Position numbers and translations under genes: made by a program. A stretch of DNA of 64,000 nucleotides from NCBI GenBank assembly GCA_937146725.1, contig CAKZRU010000041.1:5154-69153 (forward strand), read 5' to 3'. The notes under the pieces were generated by a model. The model was not told the origin of the DNA. It did not search any database and saw only the letters and a program-made list of their open reading frames with translations. Shown here piece after piece: positions 11,101-19,140 of the stretch. Within the stretch, counting starts at the first letter, position 1. Every line of letters begins with the position of its first letter. Origin of the DNA: an uncultured Myxococcales bacterium (GTDB lineage: Bacteria > Myxococcota_A > Bradymonadia > UBA7976 > VGTA01).

Positions 11101-12998
11101 ATGGCTGTACTAATGATGCTGAATGTGGACCATTTCAAGCGTGTTTAGCAGGTGCGTGTATTCCTGCTCCACCAAGTATCTGTCAACGAGATGAGGACTG
11201 TCCGGGTAGCTTGGTCTGCGAATTTGGACTTTGTATTCCCAATCAAGGCTGCGGTGGTGATAATGATTGCCCAAGCGGTCAAGTTTGTGAAGCTGAAACC
11301 TGCATTCCGGCACCAAGTGCTTGTCGCATTGATGCAGAATGTGCCAATGGTCAAGTCTGTGATCTTGACTTAGGGGGTGTATGCGTTGATGCACCAGCAT
11401 GTCGAGTCAATGAAGATTGTAATTTAGGAGAAATCTGTCGGGGCGCCTTGTGTGTGGCCGGCTGCGTAATTAGCGATCGCTGTCCACAGGGTACACGCTG
11501 TATAAATAATTTCTGCCAAGAAGGCTTAGGCTGTAATAGTAATGATGAATGTATGTCGGGTTCGGTCTGTGATTTAAGCACTGGCGAATGTGTAGTGGGA
11601 GAGTGTAGCCAAGACAGTGATTGTGCCAATGGGGCAGTATGCTCAAACTTTAGCTGTGTTGACCCAAGTGCCTGCACAACAAGCCAAGATTGTCCGGTAG
11701 GCCAGCTTTGCTTAAGCGGAAGTTGTGTTGAAAGTGATCGCTGTGACCCAAATGTAGAAATCATAGATATTGTTTTGGGCGGGATTGGTGATGAAATTGG
11801 ACTCAGTGTAGATACCAGTGGTCGTGAAAATCAATATCAGGCCAGCTGTGGGGGTGGTGCTCAATCGGGAGATCAGCCAATTGCCGTACGCGTCAATGCC
11901 ATTGGCTTATTTACGGCAACAGTACTCAGCGCTCAAGGTTATGATACTGTACTCTTTATGCGTTCTCGCTGTGAAGTGGAAGACAGCCAAATTGTCTGTA
12001 ATGATGATAGTAATGGCCTGCTGAGTGAGATCAGTACACCTATTCTGACACCGGGCATCTATTATGTATTTCTTGATGGCTTTGGATCAGCACGAGGCGT
12101 GGCCGAATTACAATTTAGCCTGACTTCACTGACAGAATGTACACAGGATAGCGATTGTGAAGGTGCTCCATGTGTTGATGGAGTATGTGGGGCTCCCGAA
12201 TGCGTTGGCGATATTGACTGTGCGCCCAACGGAATTTGTAATGCGGGTATTTGCGTAGATGGCACTCGCTGTCAAGTAGACAGTCAGTGTGCGGCCGATG
12301 AAATCTGTGAAAATCGAAGCTGTGTACCGGCTGAATGTCTACAAGATACCGATTGTGGTGTACGCCAAATCTGTAATGAAAATCGCTGTGAGCGACCAGA
12401 ATGTCGCCAAGATGCAGACTGCCCGAGTGGAAACATTTGTGATGTAGGTCGCTGCATTGAGAGCTGTCGAGTCGATGCCGACTGTGATGATATCTTTGCG
12501 ATTTGCGAGGCCAACAGCTGTGTTCCGGCAGAATGTTTAAGAGATGATCAATGTGCTCAGGATGAAAGCTGTGATGCCGGACGTTGTATCAGTGGTAATG
12601 GCGGTGGTGGAACCGGTCAAATTGGTGATCCATGCGTGAATGATAGTTTGTGTAGCAGTGATTTAATTTGTGAAAATGCTCAATGTGAGTCTGCCGAAGG
12701 CCTATGTGCAGAAGTAACCGACTGTGGTGGAACCGGCGCCTGTCTAGGTGGTAACTGTGTACCAGCACCTAGCTGCCAAACCGCCGATGATTGCAGTGGA
12801 TTAATTCCTATTCCTATTCCCCTACTTTGTATTAACAGCCAATGCCGATCGGCTTTTGTCCAATGTAGCTTAAACCAAGATTGCGGTGATGGACAAAGTT
12901 GTGCCTTTGGTGTTTGTCTGCCGATTCCAGCGAATGAATGCTTAAGAGATACAGACTGCGGTAATGGTCGCTTATGTGAGAATGGCTCATGTCAGTAG
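8139..12998 (+). CDS. giant (1619 aa) secreted cysteine-rich repeat lipoprotein: ~60-65 tandem 4-Cys modules (C-x3-4-[DN]-x-[DE]-C-x2-G-x2-C-x4-5-C) with one embedded PPC-like beta-sandwich domain (~aa 1205-1330)
   Basis: Lipobox MIILSALGCGRSE; module period ~22-25 aa repeated throughout (e.g. CRIDQDCPRSFSCIDQVC, CEQDADCGLGSICRAGRC, CSVDRDCLDNEQCEAGRC); insert IVLGGIGDEIGLSVD...DTVLFMRSRC...GIYYVFLDGFG...LQFSL matches PPC-domain pattern. Confidence 0.8.
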   Translation: MINYLINTQKLLSRMHLFFMGSMIILSALGCGRSELQCDTHLDCANGEACIQSQCLTGPACVEGLCPSTQECVAEICIDRELLKSECDELNACPEGLSCIEGRCLLTCEGEQCVTPPPECTEDVECGDGRICQDFSCVEGCNFNIQCPENYDCVDNTCVALACVDVDCPQGFECVEDMCVPNEICEENSDCPEGLVCDLGLCLDVPCQQDDDCLQGQQCVNNQCIAAPQCLNSAECPRGFDCVLGVCRFNPECNSDDDCDEGEICSANACIPFLACMDNSDCPPNFDCAEGRCEFSGRCSDDLDCPPIALCLEEVCVENACRTSQECGVGSECLDNRCVEAPECRVNGDCPFGTRCEDSRCVEAPACQVNTDCLAGESCINNVCTPSGCESAGITCPPNTNCINDVCAPSSCRIDQDCPRSFSCIDQVCLPTLCEQDADCGLGSICRAGRCFFPARCMSDNECAGGERCLAGVCTPQGCSVDRDCLDNEQCEAGRCVALSCVNDIDCGPEVYCIANQCIPDLVCQSADDCPGGIPCVNRRCRLGDNCERDSDCPVGLECAFGECLEVPVLECAQDRDCAQGQRCEFGQCTGEVNLCQSDFDCGPGFTCSGGVCVSNDCMNDSQCPANEICQAGLCVPAPECRVSTDCGPNEECRSGSCVFTGECRNNLECQDPFICVDFACVLDGACGPDNPCPSGETCINRTCIPNNGCIQDSDCGLGESCRAGRCLFTGECRLPRDCPVNFTCRNFVCEALNQCVADVDCGPGSSCVNGQCVFTGECQNDMECTGSDRCVDFLCVPALQCGPGRLCPVGEECMDGLCVFNGECRNNNDCPALNSCINNQCEETGRCDRDSDCAAGLVCDALSQRCVADIDCANDAQCEAGQQCIGGLCRDVLGCTRDADCESDQYCELAANLCLARPDCFTDQECAANERCDQGSCVPTSCSSDDDCNAEQSCAAGRCIPRLFCGDDSDCFIPGTQCINNVCEVPNGCTNDAECGPFQACLAGACIPAPPSICQRDEDCPGSLVCEFGLCIPNQGCGGDNDCPSGQVCEAETCIPAPSACRIDAECANGQVCDLDLGGVCVDAPACRVNEDCNLGEICRGALCVAGCVISDRCPQGTRCINNFCQEGLGCNSNDECMSGSVCDLSTGECVVGECSQDSDCANGAVCSNFSCVDPSACTTSQDCPVGQLCLSGSCVESDRCDPNVEIIDIVLGGIGDEIGLSVDTSGRENQYQASCGGGAQSGDQPIAVRVNAIGLFTATVLSAQGYDTVLFMRSRCEVEDSQIVCNDDSNGLLSEISTPILTPGIYYVFLDGFGSARGVAELQFSLTSLTECTQDSDCEGAPCVDGVCGAPECVGDIDCAPNGICNAGICVDGTRCQVDSQCAADEICENRSCVPAECLQDTDCGVRQICNENRCERPECRQDADCPSGNICDVGRCIESCRVDADCDDIFAICEANSCVPAECLRDDQCAQDESCDAGRCISGNGGGGTGQIGDPCVNDSLCSSDLICENAQCESAEGLCAEVTDCGGTGACLGGNCVPAPSCQTADDCSGLIPIPIPLLCINSQCRSAFVQCSLNQDCGDGQSCAFGVCLPIPANECLRDTDCGNGRLCENGSCQ

Positions 12999-15124
12999 TC
13001 GCCAAAAAACTATCTGCTTTAATTGAAAATGCAGGGTTTTCTTATGAGTTCTTAAATATAGCATCTACGAGTGATCCTTTGGTTCAGGAGGTCACACTCG
13101 ACTTAGATGAGGTGAGCTTAGGCGTACTGTTTATTGCAAGAAAGCTTTGGTATGTAGACACTCATCAGCAGATTGATGAGGCTATACAAAAGGGGGCAGT
13201 GGCGGTTTTAGTCAGCGACTCAAGTCAAGTGAGTGAAAAGACCTTACACAATACGCAGGTGCCCATTGTGCTTTTAGAGCATGAAGATCCAAGCTTGGGG
13301 CTCATTTGCGCGCGCTTTTATGAGCATCCCTGTGCACAGCTTAAAGTGTATGGGGTGACCGGTACCAACGGAAAAACTTCAGCGGTCACCTATTTGGCAG
13401 ACTTACTCACCGCATTAGGGGAACGAGTAGCAGTAATTGGTACGGTGGAATACCGCTTTGAACATCGGCGCTTAGCCGCAGCAAACACCACACCGGATGC
13501 CTTGGTGATTCAGCGCTTTGCAAGACATGCACTCGACCTAGGAGCGACTGCTTTAACCCTAGAGGTCAGCTCTCATGCGCTTAGCCTTGATCGGGTGGCT
13601 GGGGTTTATTTTGATGCTGTGGGCTTTACTTCTTTTGGGCGAGATCACTTAGATTTTCATGGTAGCTTAGAGGGCTATCGCAATGCCAAGGGGCGTCTTT
13701 TTGATGATTACTTAATGAACTCGCTTCAACATGGTAAAACACCTATTGCTGTGGCACATGATGATGTTGAAGGCCAAGCGATGTTAGGCCGCACACCAGG
13801 TGGCGTCGAAAGAGTCTATTGTCATGTGCAAACAAAAGTAACGTCTGAAACAAAAGTAACATCTGAAACAAAGTCCTTAAGCTTAGTCTCTGATCACTCT
13901 CATAGTCTTAAGCTTAATATTCAAGATGAAGTCAGCTTAGCAGGTATTACGCTTGAAGGTACTTATGCAACTCAGCAAGACAACACTGAGCTACCGGCCA
14001 TCAAGGTTGGACTCATTGGAGACTACCATCCGGCAAATGCTGCGATTGCTTTGGGTATGCTACTTAAAACTCACCAAGAACGTTTTTTGGATGCTTGGTT
14101 CAGTTTGCAAAAGACGCGGGGCGTACCAGGGCGAATGGAAAGAGTCATACTACCCGATGCATTATCTTATGAAACTCGGGTCGCTTTGGTAGACTACGCG
14201 CATACGCCTGATGCGATTACTCGTGCGATTCAAGCCATTAAAGCGGTGCATCAAGGGGCACTCTCAGTTATCATCGGCTGTGGGGGTGATCGTGACCGGG
14301 GTAAACGACCTCAAATGCTGAAAGCTGCCTTACAAGAAGCAGATCAGGTTTGGCTAACGAGTGATAATCCTCGGAATGAGTCACCACAGCAAATTATCGA
14401 TGATGCTTTGAGCTTGGCTGAGCTTGAACCCGCACTTTATGCTGAGTTCAAGGCTAAACTCGTGGGCAAAATTGTCGATCGACGTGAATGTATCGCACAA
14501 GCATGGCAAGGGCTTACCAAAGAGGGCGCGCTACTGATTACCGGCAAAGGACATGAATCCTATCAAGAAGTTCAAGGGCGTCGTTATCGTTTACAAGATC
14601 ACGAAGCACTGAGAGCAGGAGCTTGGGCGGAACATAAGCAACTTGATTTACAGCATGTACCTTATCTACAGAGTTGTCTCTTTAATGATACTACTCTAGA
14701 TGAGAATAATCATTTGGCTCGACTTTTACTTTTACTCCGAGAGGCCTGCTTTAGACCGAATGGATTGGTGTTACGCTGTTTAAAACAGACAGACGGTGAA
14801 GAGCCTAGTTTATCCACAGATCACTTCATCATTCATTGCCATAAAGCCGAAAGCTCTACTTTTGAGTCTTATACAAACTTTAGTGATTTCTTGTGGACTC
14901 AATTAGCTGGATTTAGTCCACAACATAAAGAGATTCATGTTTTAGTGTCTAGATTTGTGGGGTTTGGACAAGTGTCTGGATTTATTGATGAAATCTTAGG
15001 TATGGCTAATGAGTTTGCCTACCCTCATGCAGAACTAACGATCAAAACTGATTTAAGTGATTGCAAGCCGACCGGTGGATGGTCAAAGCAAAGTACCGGA
15101 CCTAAAATTCCGTCTTTAGTTTAG
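12989..15124 (+). CDS. murE: Mur ligase family protein, MurE-like (UDP-MurNAc-L-Ala-D-Glu:meso-DAP ligase) with an internal insertion and a ~230-aa C-terminal extension of unknown function
   Basis: P-loop GVTGTNGKTS; DYAHTPDA; TSDNPRNE (DNPR motif, meso-DAP-type MurE); N-terminal domain GVLFIARKL...DEAIQKGAVAVL; ATG 12989 overlaps stop of upstream gene (12996-12998) by 10 nt; extension after ...EALRAGAWAEHKQLD has no Mur ligase motifs. Confidence 0.7.
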   Translation: MSVVAKKLSALIENAGFSYEFLNIASTSDPLVQEVTLDLDEVSLGVLFIARKLWYVDTHQQIDEAIQKGAVAVLVSDSSQVSEKTLHNTQVPIVLLEHEDPSLGLICARFYEHPCAQLKVYGVTGTNGKTSAVTYLADLLTALGERVAVIGTVEYRFEHRRLAAANTTPDALVIQRFARHALDLGATALTLEVSSHALSLDRVAGVYFDAVGFTSFGRDHLDFHGSLEGYRNAKGRLFDDYLMNSLQHGKTPIAVAHDDVEGQAMLGRTPGGVERVYCHVQTKVTSETKVTSETKSLSLVSDHSHSLKLNIQDEVSLAGITLEGTYATQQDNTELPAIKVGLIGDYHPANAAIALGMLLKTHQERFLDAWFSLQKTRGVPGRMERVILPDALSYETRVALVDYAHTPDAITRAIQAIKAVHQGALSVIIGCGGDRDRGKRPQMLKAALQEADQVWLTSDNPRNESPQQIIDDALSLAELEPALYAEFKAKLVGKIVDRRECIAQAWQGLTKEGALLITGKGHESYQEVQGRRYRLQDHEALRAGAWAEHKQLDLQHVPYLQSCLFNDTTLDENNHLARLLLLLREACFRPNGLVLRCLKQTDGEEPSLSTDHFIIHCHKAESSTFESYTNFSDFLWTQLAGFSPQHKEIHVLVSRFVGFGQVSGFIDEILGMANEFAYPHAELTIKTDLSDCKPTGGWSKQSTGPKIPSLV

Positions 15125-15159
15125 ACTCAAACTTGCTCATCATAACAAGTCTAGTTGTA

Positions 15160-16518
15160 CTAGCCGATTTGCACGAGACGCGGCGCTCTTTTGAGCTTAG
15201 CTCGCCGTTCTTCATCGGTCCAAATTGATCCATCTTTCCAATGTAAAGCTAAGACTTTTTCCAAAGGAATACCCAAGATCTCTGGGGGAGCATTGGGCTC
15301 TTCATCGGGAATTGGAAATAGTCTTGTTTCAAAAACACCATGATCAAAGGGAATACCGGGCGGTGGGCTGACTCTGACTAACTGCTCATGAAGTCCACGC
15401 TGTTCATATTCCAAGGCTCGGTGGATACAGTATGGATTATTTCCCGCTTTACCCATGGTACAATGCGAAGTCCACGTACAGCCACCCATGCAAACATCAG
15501 CATAATAACATTCTTTACAGTAGCCCCAAAGGTCATCTCGGTTACGTAAACGGGTATGGCTCACCTCTTTAGCATTATGCAAAACATCAATGATGGCTTC
15601 GCTATGCGTGTAGCCACCGGTAAAGTAGTCAGAGGGCAAAGAAGGGCATCCTTTGATTTTACCGTCGGCTTCTACACCAATGCAGTTTTTTCCTGCTTTA
15701 CAGCCACTCCAATGTGTGCCCGACTCTCCGCCATAGCGTAAGATTTCTTCAAACGGACCAAAATAGCCAATGTTATTCCCCGGAAATAAGCGGGCACCGG
15801 CCGGTTTAAGTTTTTGGGTTTTAATCCAAGAGAGCAAAGGGAAAACATCAAGCAAGTCATACGGCTGTAAAAGCATGTCTGGACGGTCAGCGCCACGACC
15901 CATAGGTACAGTGATTTGGATTTGCCAACCGATTGCTCCCAAATCAATCAGTAATTGAGAAAGAGCAGGAAGCTCCGGAAGAGAAAGGCGATTAATTTGC
16001 GTATTCATGCTTACGCCCATTGAACTTTTGGCCACTCGCTCTGCACCATCAACCGCAGCTCGCCATGAGCCTAATACTGCCCGTTGAGCATCATGAGTGT
16101 GCTCAAGGCCATCGATAGAGAAGGAAATATGCCTAAGGCCAGCATCTTCGGCTCGCTTGACTCGCTCGGCATTCATCCCTCGACCGCCGGTGGTCATAGT
16201 GCATGCCATGCCACTTTTAGTGATCGCGGCCGCAATAATATCCCAATCTTCACGCAGATAGGCCTCGCCCCCAATTAAGGTGACCTCGGTAAAACCACTA
16301 TCTTTGAGTTGCTTCACCACATCAAGACATTGCTCAGTGCTCAGTTCATCATTACGAGCCTTGCCGGCTCGAGAGCCACAGTGCTTACAGCCTAAATCAC
16401 AGGCTAAGGTGATTTCCCAAACGCAGTATCTTGGCACCACTTGATCAGGAGCTGATTTTTCAGCAAATCGGGCAAATTGATTGGGTTTTTCTGTAGATGA
16501 CTTAATACTTGAACTCAC
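15160..16518 (-). CDS. radical SAM / SPASM-domain enzyme (PqqE/anSME-like peptide- or protein-modifying maturase) with ~80-aa C-terminal tail
   Basis: CDLGCKHC (Cx3Cx2C radical SAM cluster motif) near N-terminus after VWEITLA; GGEAYLR SAM-binding region; SPASM auxiliary cluster motifs SGCKAGKNCIGVEADGKIKGCP ... GYCKECYYADVCMGGCTWTSHC. Confidence 0.85.
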   Translation of the reverse strand: MSSSIKSSTEKPNQFARFAEKSAPDQVVPRYCVWEITLACDLGCKHCGSRAGKARNDELSTEQCLDVVKQLKDSGFTEVTLIGGEAYLREDWDIIAAAITKSGMACTMTTGGRGMNAERVKRAEDAGLRHISFSIDGLEHTHDAQRAVLGSWRAAVDGAERVAKSSMGVSMNTQINRLSLPELPALSQLLIDLGAIGWQIQITVPMGRGADRPDMLLQPYDLLDVFPLLSWIKTQKLKPAGARLFPGNNIGYFGPFEEILRYGGESGTHWSGCKAGKNCIGVEADGKIKGCPSLPSDYFTGGYTHSEAIIDVLHNAKEVSHTRLRNRDDLWGYCKECYYADVCMGGCTWTSHCTMGKAGNNPYCIHRALEYEQRGLHEQLVRVSPPPGIPFDHGVFETRLFPIPDEEPNAPPEILGIPLEKVLALHWKDGSIWTDEERRAKLKRAPRLVQIG

Positions 16519-16589
16519 GGAGATACCTAAACTTGATCGATGAGGTTTGTAAAAGAAGAACGACTTGGTCGGTTATAACTTGGTCTTGG

Positions 16590-17138
16590 TTATGGCTTGG
16601 CTTTATTGACCTTATCCATTTCTTCTGTGCCAGCCATTTCACCGGTCGAAGGTACGCCAGAATCTTCTTGTGGAATATCTTCTCTAGCGGGTTCCATCAT
16701 GATCGGACCGCCCACGAACTTGCTGACAGGAGAAGCACCATAAACTTCTTGTGGAATCTCTTCTCTAGCGGGTTCTATCTTTATTTCATCTTCAGTGGCC
16801 ATAATGCCAACCGGTGGGCCTCCGTATAGAGATTCTACCATCCCGGTGGGTGTATCAATCACTTTGGTACCAGGGGTATTTTCAATTACTTCGTCCTCAT
16901 CATCACACGCCCCAAAACTTAGGCTTGCACTTAATAAGCCAAGAGCAAGTTTTGACGTTTTTGAAAACTTAGAAGCTGTTTGAGATACAGCAGTATTACT
17001 GATGAGTTGTCCACCACAGAAAGTACATTCAAGTGCAAAGAGTTCAGCACTGCTCAAGCTAGAGTCAACTTGATGATGTCTAGCGCAAGTATTACAACGA
17101 GTTAAGCTATCTTTGGAAACAGCAATGATTTTTTTCAT
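16590..17138 (-). CDS. zinc-ribbon (CxxC-x19-CxxCG, FmdB-like) single-pass membrane protein with periplasmic acidic C-terminal tail containing duplicated EPAREEIPQE motif
   Basis: CNTCARHH...ECTFCGGQL; N-in signal-anchor SKFSKTSKLALGLLSASLSFGAC; IEPAREEIPQEVYG / MEPAREDIPQEDSG duplication; lies between M15 peptidase and rSAM genes on the same strand. Confidence 0.6.
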   Translation of the reverse strand: MKKIIAVSKDSLTRCNTCARHHQVDSSLSSAELFALECTFCGGQLISNTAVSQTASKFSKTSKLALGLLSASLSFGACDDEDEVIENTPGTKVIDTPTGMVESLYGGPPVGIMATEDEIKIEPAREEIPQEVYGASPVSKFVGGPIMMEPAREDIPQEDSGVPSTGEMAGTEEMDKVNKAKP

Positions 17139-17188
17139 AATTCTACCTTTTTAAGTAGGTACTTAACCCGCTAAATATCTATAATAAA

Positions 17189-18151
17189 CTATTGTTTGTC
17201 AATGATGAGCTCCGGCCTATACTCAAAGTGCATGGTATCATGGTGATACCACCACCCCCCCCAAATAAAGCCATAGCGTTTAAAGGTTTCGACAATTTCT
17301 ACAGGAAAGCTGTTTTTGTAAGGAATTAAGCCTTGGGCATTTCGGCCATAGACTTTCATTGTCCATTTCCAATAGTTGGAATATTTAACTCCGATATCAA
17401 TCGCCGCTCCAAAACTGTGTACACTTAGACGTTGAGTCCCCTTTATTTTACGCCAAGTAAAAGCACCGGCACTAGGTTCATAATAACGCTTAAACTTTTT
17501 AGGCAGACAGTTCTTAAGGTCGGTATAAATAGCTTGTAAGCGTTGATCGATCTTGTGTAAACGAGTGACCTTAAGTTTTTGCTTGCCCCAATAAACTGTG
17601 GTGAGCTGCTGAGCCACTTCAGCTTTGGATCGACCATATAGTTTTTTGAAAAAGACCTCATCTCTGAGACGACCGGGTTCAAAGTTTACAGGTAAATCTT
17701 TGGGTAGTTGGGAAGTGTGTGGATAAAGCTGTAAAAACTGCTCCGCTAGGCGTGCATGATTGAGTGCATGATCAAAATCCTTAAAGCCCTGTTGCTTCCA
17801 AATCTGAGCCTGTTCCACTTTAGAAAGCTTGGACCAAGTGAAAAGGTCATACTTTTGTTTCGGTCGCTCCCAAGCATGTTTGGTATTGTTTTTAAACACT
17901 AAAGAGCCTTGGGTTTCGGTATGCTTTGAGGCGCTTTTAATCGAATCTGAATAAGCAATCAGTAAAGCTTGAATCTCTGATGGAAGCTGTTGTTCTTCTT
18001 GGTTGAGTATACGAGAAGTTGGGTTGGCGGTAATGACAAGCTCAGGTTGAGAGGGAGGACAGTCAAGATCTTGAGCAAGGCAAGTCATACTTACAGTCAT
18101 ACTCATAACTAAATACATGCAACAGAAATGTTGTCCGTGATGTTTGCACAT
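17189..18151 (-). CDS. secreted M15-family zinc metallopeptidase (VanY / D-Ala-D-Ala carboxypeptidase-like, peptidoglycan peptidase)
   Basis: N-terminal signal; SVHSFGAAIDI (SxHxxGxAxD zinc ligand motif) and GGWWYHHDTMHFEY (second His/Asp motif) typical of M15/VanY peptidases. Confidence 0.7.
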   Translation of the reverse strand: MCKHHGQHFCCMYLVMSMTVSMTCLAQDLDCPPSQPELVITANPTSRILNQEEQQLPSEIQALLIAYSDSIKSASKHTETQGSLVFKNNTKHAWERPKQKYDLFTWSKLSKVEQAQIWKQQGFKDFDHALNHARLAEQFLQLYPHTSQLPKDLPVNFEPGRLRDEVFFKKLYGRSKAEVAQQLTTVYWGKQKLKVTRLHKIDQRLQAIYTDLKNCLPKKFKRYYEPSAGAFTWRKIKGTQRLSVHSFGAAIDIGVKYSNYWKWTMKVYGRNAQGLIPYKNSFPVEIVETFKRYGFIWGGWWYHHDTMHFEYRPELIIDKQ

Positions 18152-18429
18152 AACAATATGACCTCAGTAATGTAACCTCAATAAGATAACCCAAACAGTA
18201 TGATCTTTATTAAAACTCTACAAAGCTATATGTACTCGTAACAAAAATAAAAGTGGTCAAGATTTAGGCTTTTCCTGTTTTATTAGTCAACTAAAGAAAA
18301 GTCTTGCAACTCGGTAGAGGATTGGTGCGTCTTTTAGCAAGGTTACAATTTTGGTCATGACTATTGATTTAAATGCTAAGATCATAAACCTAAGATTGTC
18401 TAAACAAAAAATTTTATGTGGAGTATCGA

Positions 18430-19059
18430 GTGAAAACCATAACTAATAGATCAATCATCATATTAGCGAGCGCTTTATCAAGTATTTTACTACTTAATTT
18501 AGCCGATACCAACAAAGTATATGCTGCACCGGAAGATCGAGGAGCCATGGGCGGGGTTTATGCTTTATCGACAGGTGCTTTTGTTGCCACAGGTACCGAC
18601 CAAGATGATCAACGCCTAAGCTCACAATATGGATACAGTATTGGGTTATTTTTGGGTGAAGAGGTCTTGCCTAAGCTTTTTGTAGGGATTCACCTTAATG
18701 CTCATCTTGATCAGTTTGGTGAGGGAGAGGCAATCAACCAAAGTCAACTTTATGCCTTTGGTTTAGAGGGTCGCTATCGCCTGACCGGAGAAACTCACGG
18801 TTTACTTGCTTTAGGTGGCATTGGGATTGGTACCGGTGCTTTTTTAAGTGCCGGACAATCTTTAACCGATGCGGATGCAAGTGGCGGTGGTTCGATTTGG
18901 AAGCTTGGTCTTGGTTATGAACTTGGGGGAGAGCAAGTATCGGGTTTTACTTATATTCCGAAGCTGATCTTTCAAAGACTTGGTCCACAAATGGAAAATC
19001 AAGTCTCAATGAATGTCATCAGTCTTGGTTTTGAGGTTTTATATGGTGCTGGCCGCTAA
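18430..19059 (+). CDS. small secreted Gly-rich outer-membrane beta-barrel-like protein (OmpW/Opa-like fold guess), hypothetical
   Basis: Start placed at GTG 18430 preceded by GGAG (18420-18423, 6-nt spacer) rather than track start 18418; signal peptide MKTITNRSIIILASALSSILLLNLA..VYA; alternating hydrophobic/Gly-rich strands; ends ...FEVLYGAGR. Confidence 0.5.
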   Translation: MKTITNRSIIILASALSSILLLNLADTNKVYAAPEDRGAMGGVYALSTGAFVATGTDQDDQRLSSQYGYSIGLFLGEEVLPKLFVGIHLNAHLDQFGEGEAINQSQLYAFGLEGRYRLTGETHGLLALGGIGIGTGAFLSAGQSLTDADASGGGSIWKLGLGYELGGEQVSGFTYIPKLIFQRLGPQMENQVSMNVISLGFEVLYGAGR

Positions 19060-19140
19060 ACAGTTGCTTTTAAGTTGCTCTTAATTTGCTTCACAAGCCA
19101 CTCGTATTTGTGGGCGAACCTAACTCACTCTTGATTGCTT

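Noticed and set aside
8297-12514. About 17 minus-strand and off-frame ORFs of 60-137 aa inside the giant Cys-rich repeat gene (e.g. 8297-8572, 10028-10378, 11351-11764)
   Set aside because: They lie antisense or out of frame within a long, coherent plus-strand ORF whose repetitive, codon-biased sequence generates open antisense frames. They are Ser/Gln/Pro-rich nonsense translations.
8139-12998. Giant Cys-rich protein as the substrate of the neighbouring rSAM/SPASM enzyme
   Set aside because: It is a Sec/lipoprotein-exported protein with disulfide-type modules. The rSAM gene is on the opposite strand and in a different operon, so there is no positive evidence. It is mentioned only as a remote possibility.
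16509-16829. 106-aa plus-strand ORF spanning the rSAM start and the zinc-ribbon gene
   Set aside because: It overlaps two well-supported minus-strand genes and has no motif or RBS.
16590-17138. Zinc-ribbon membrane protein as a ZAS-type anti-sigma factor
   Set aside because: The motif is CxxC...CxxCG (FmdB-like) rather than HxxxCxxC, and no ECF sigma factor gene is adjacent.
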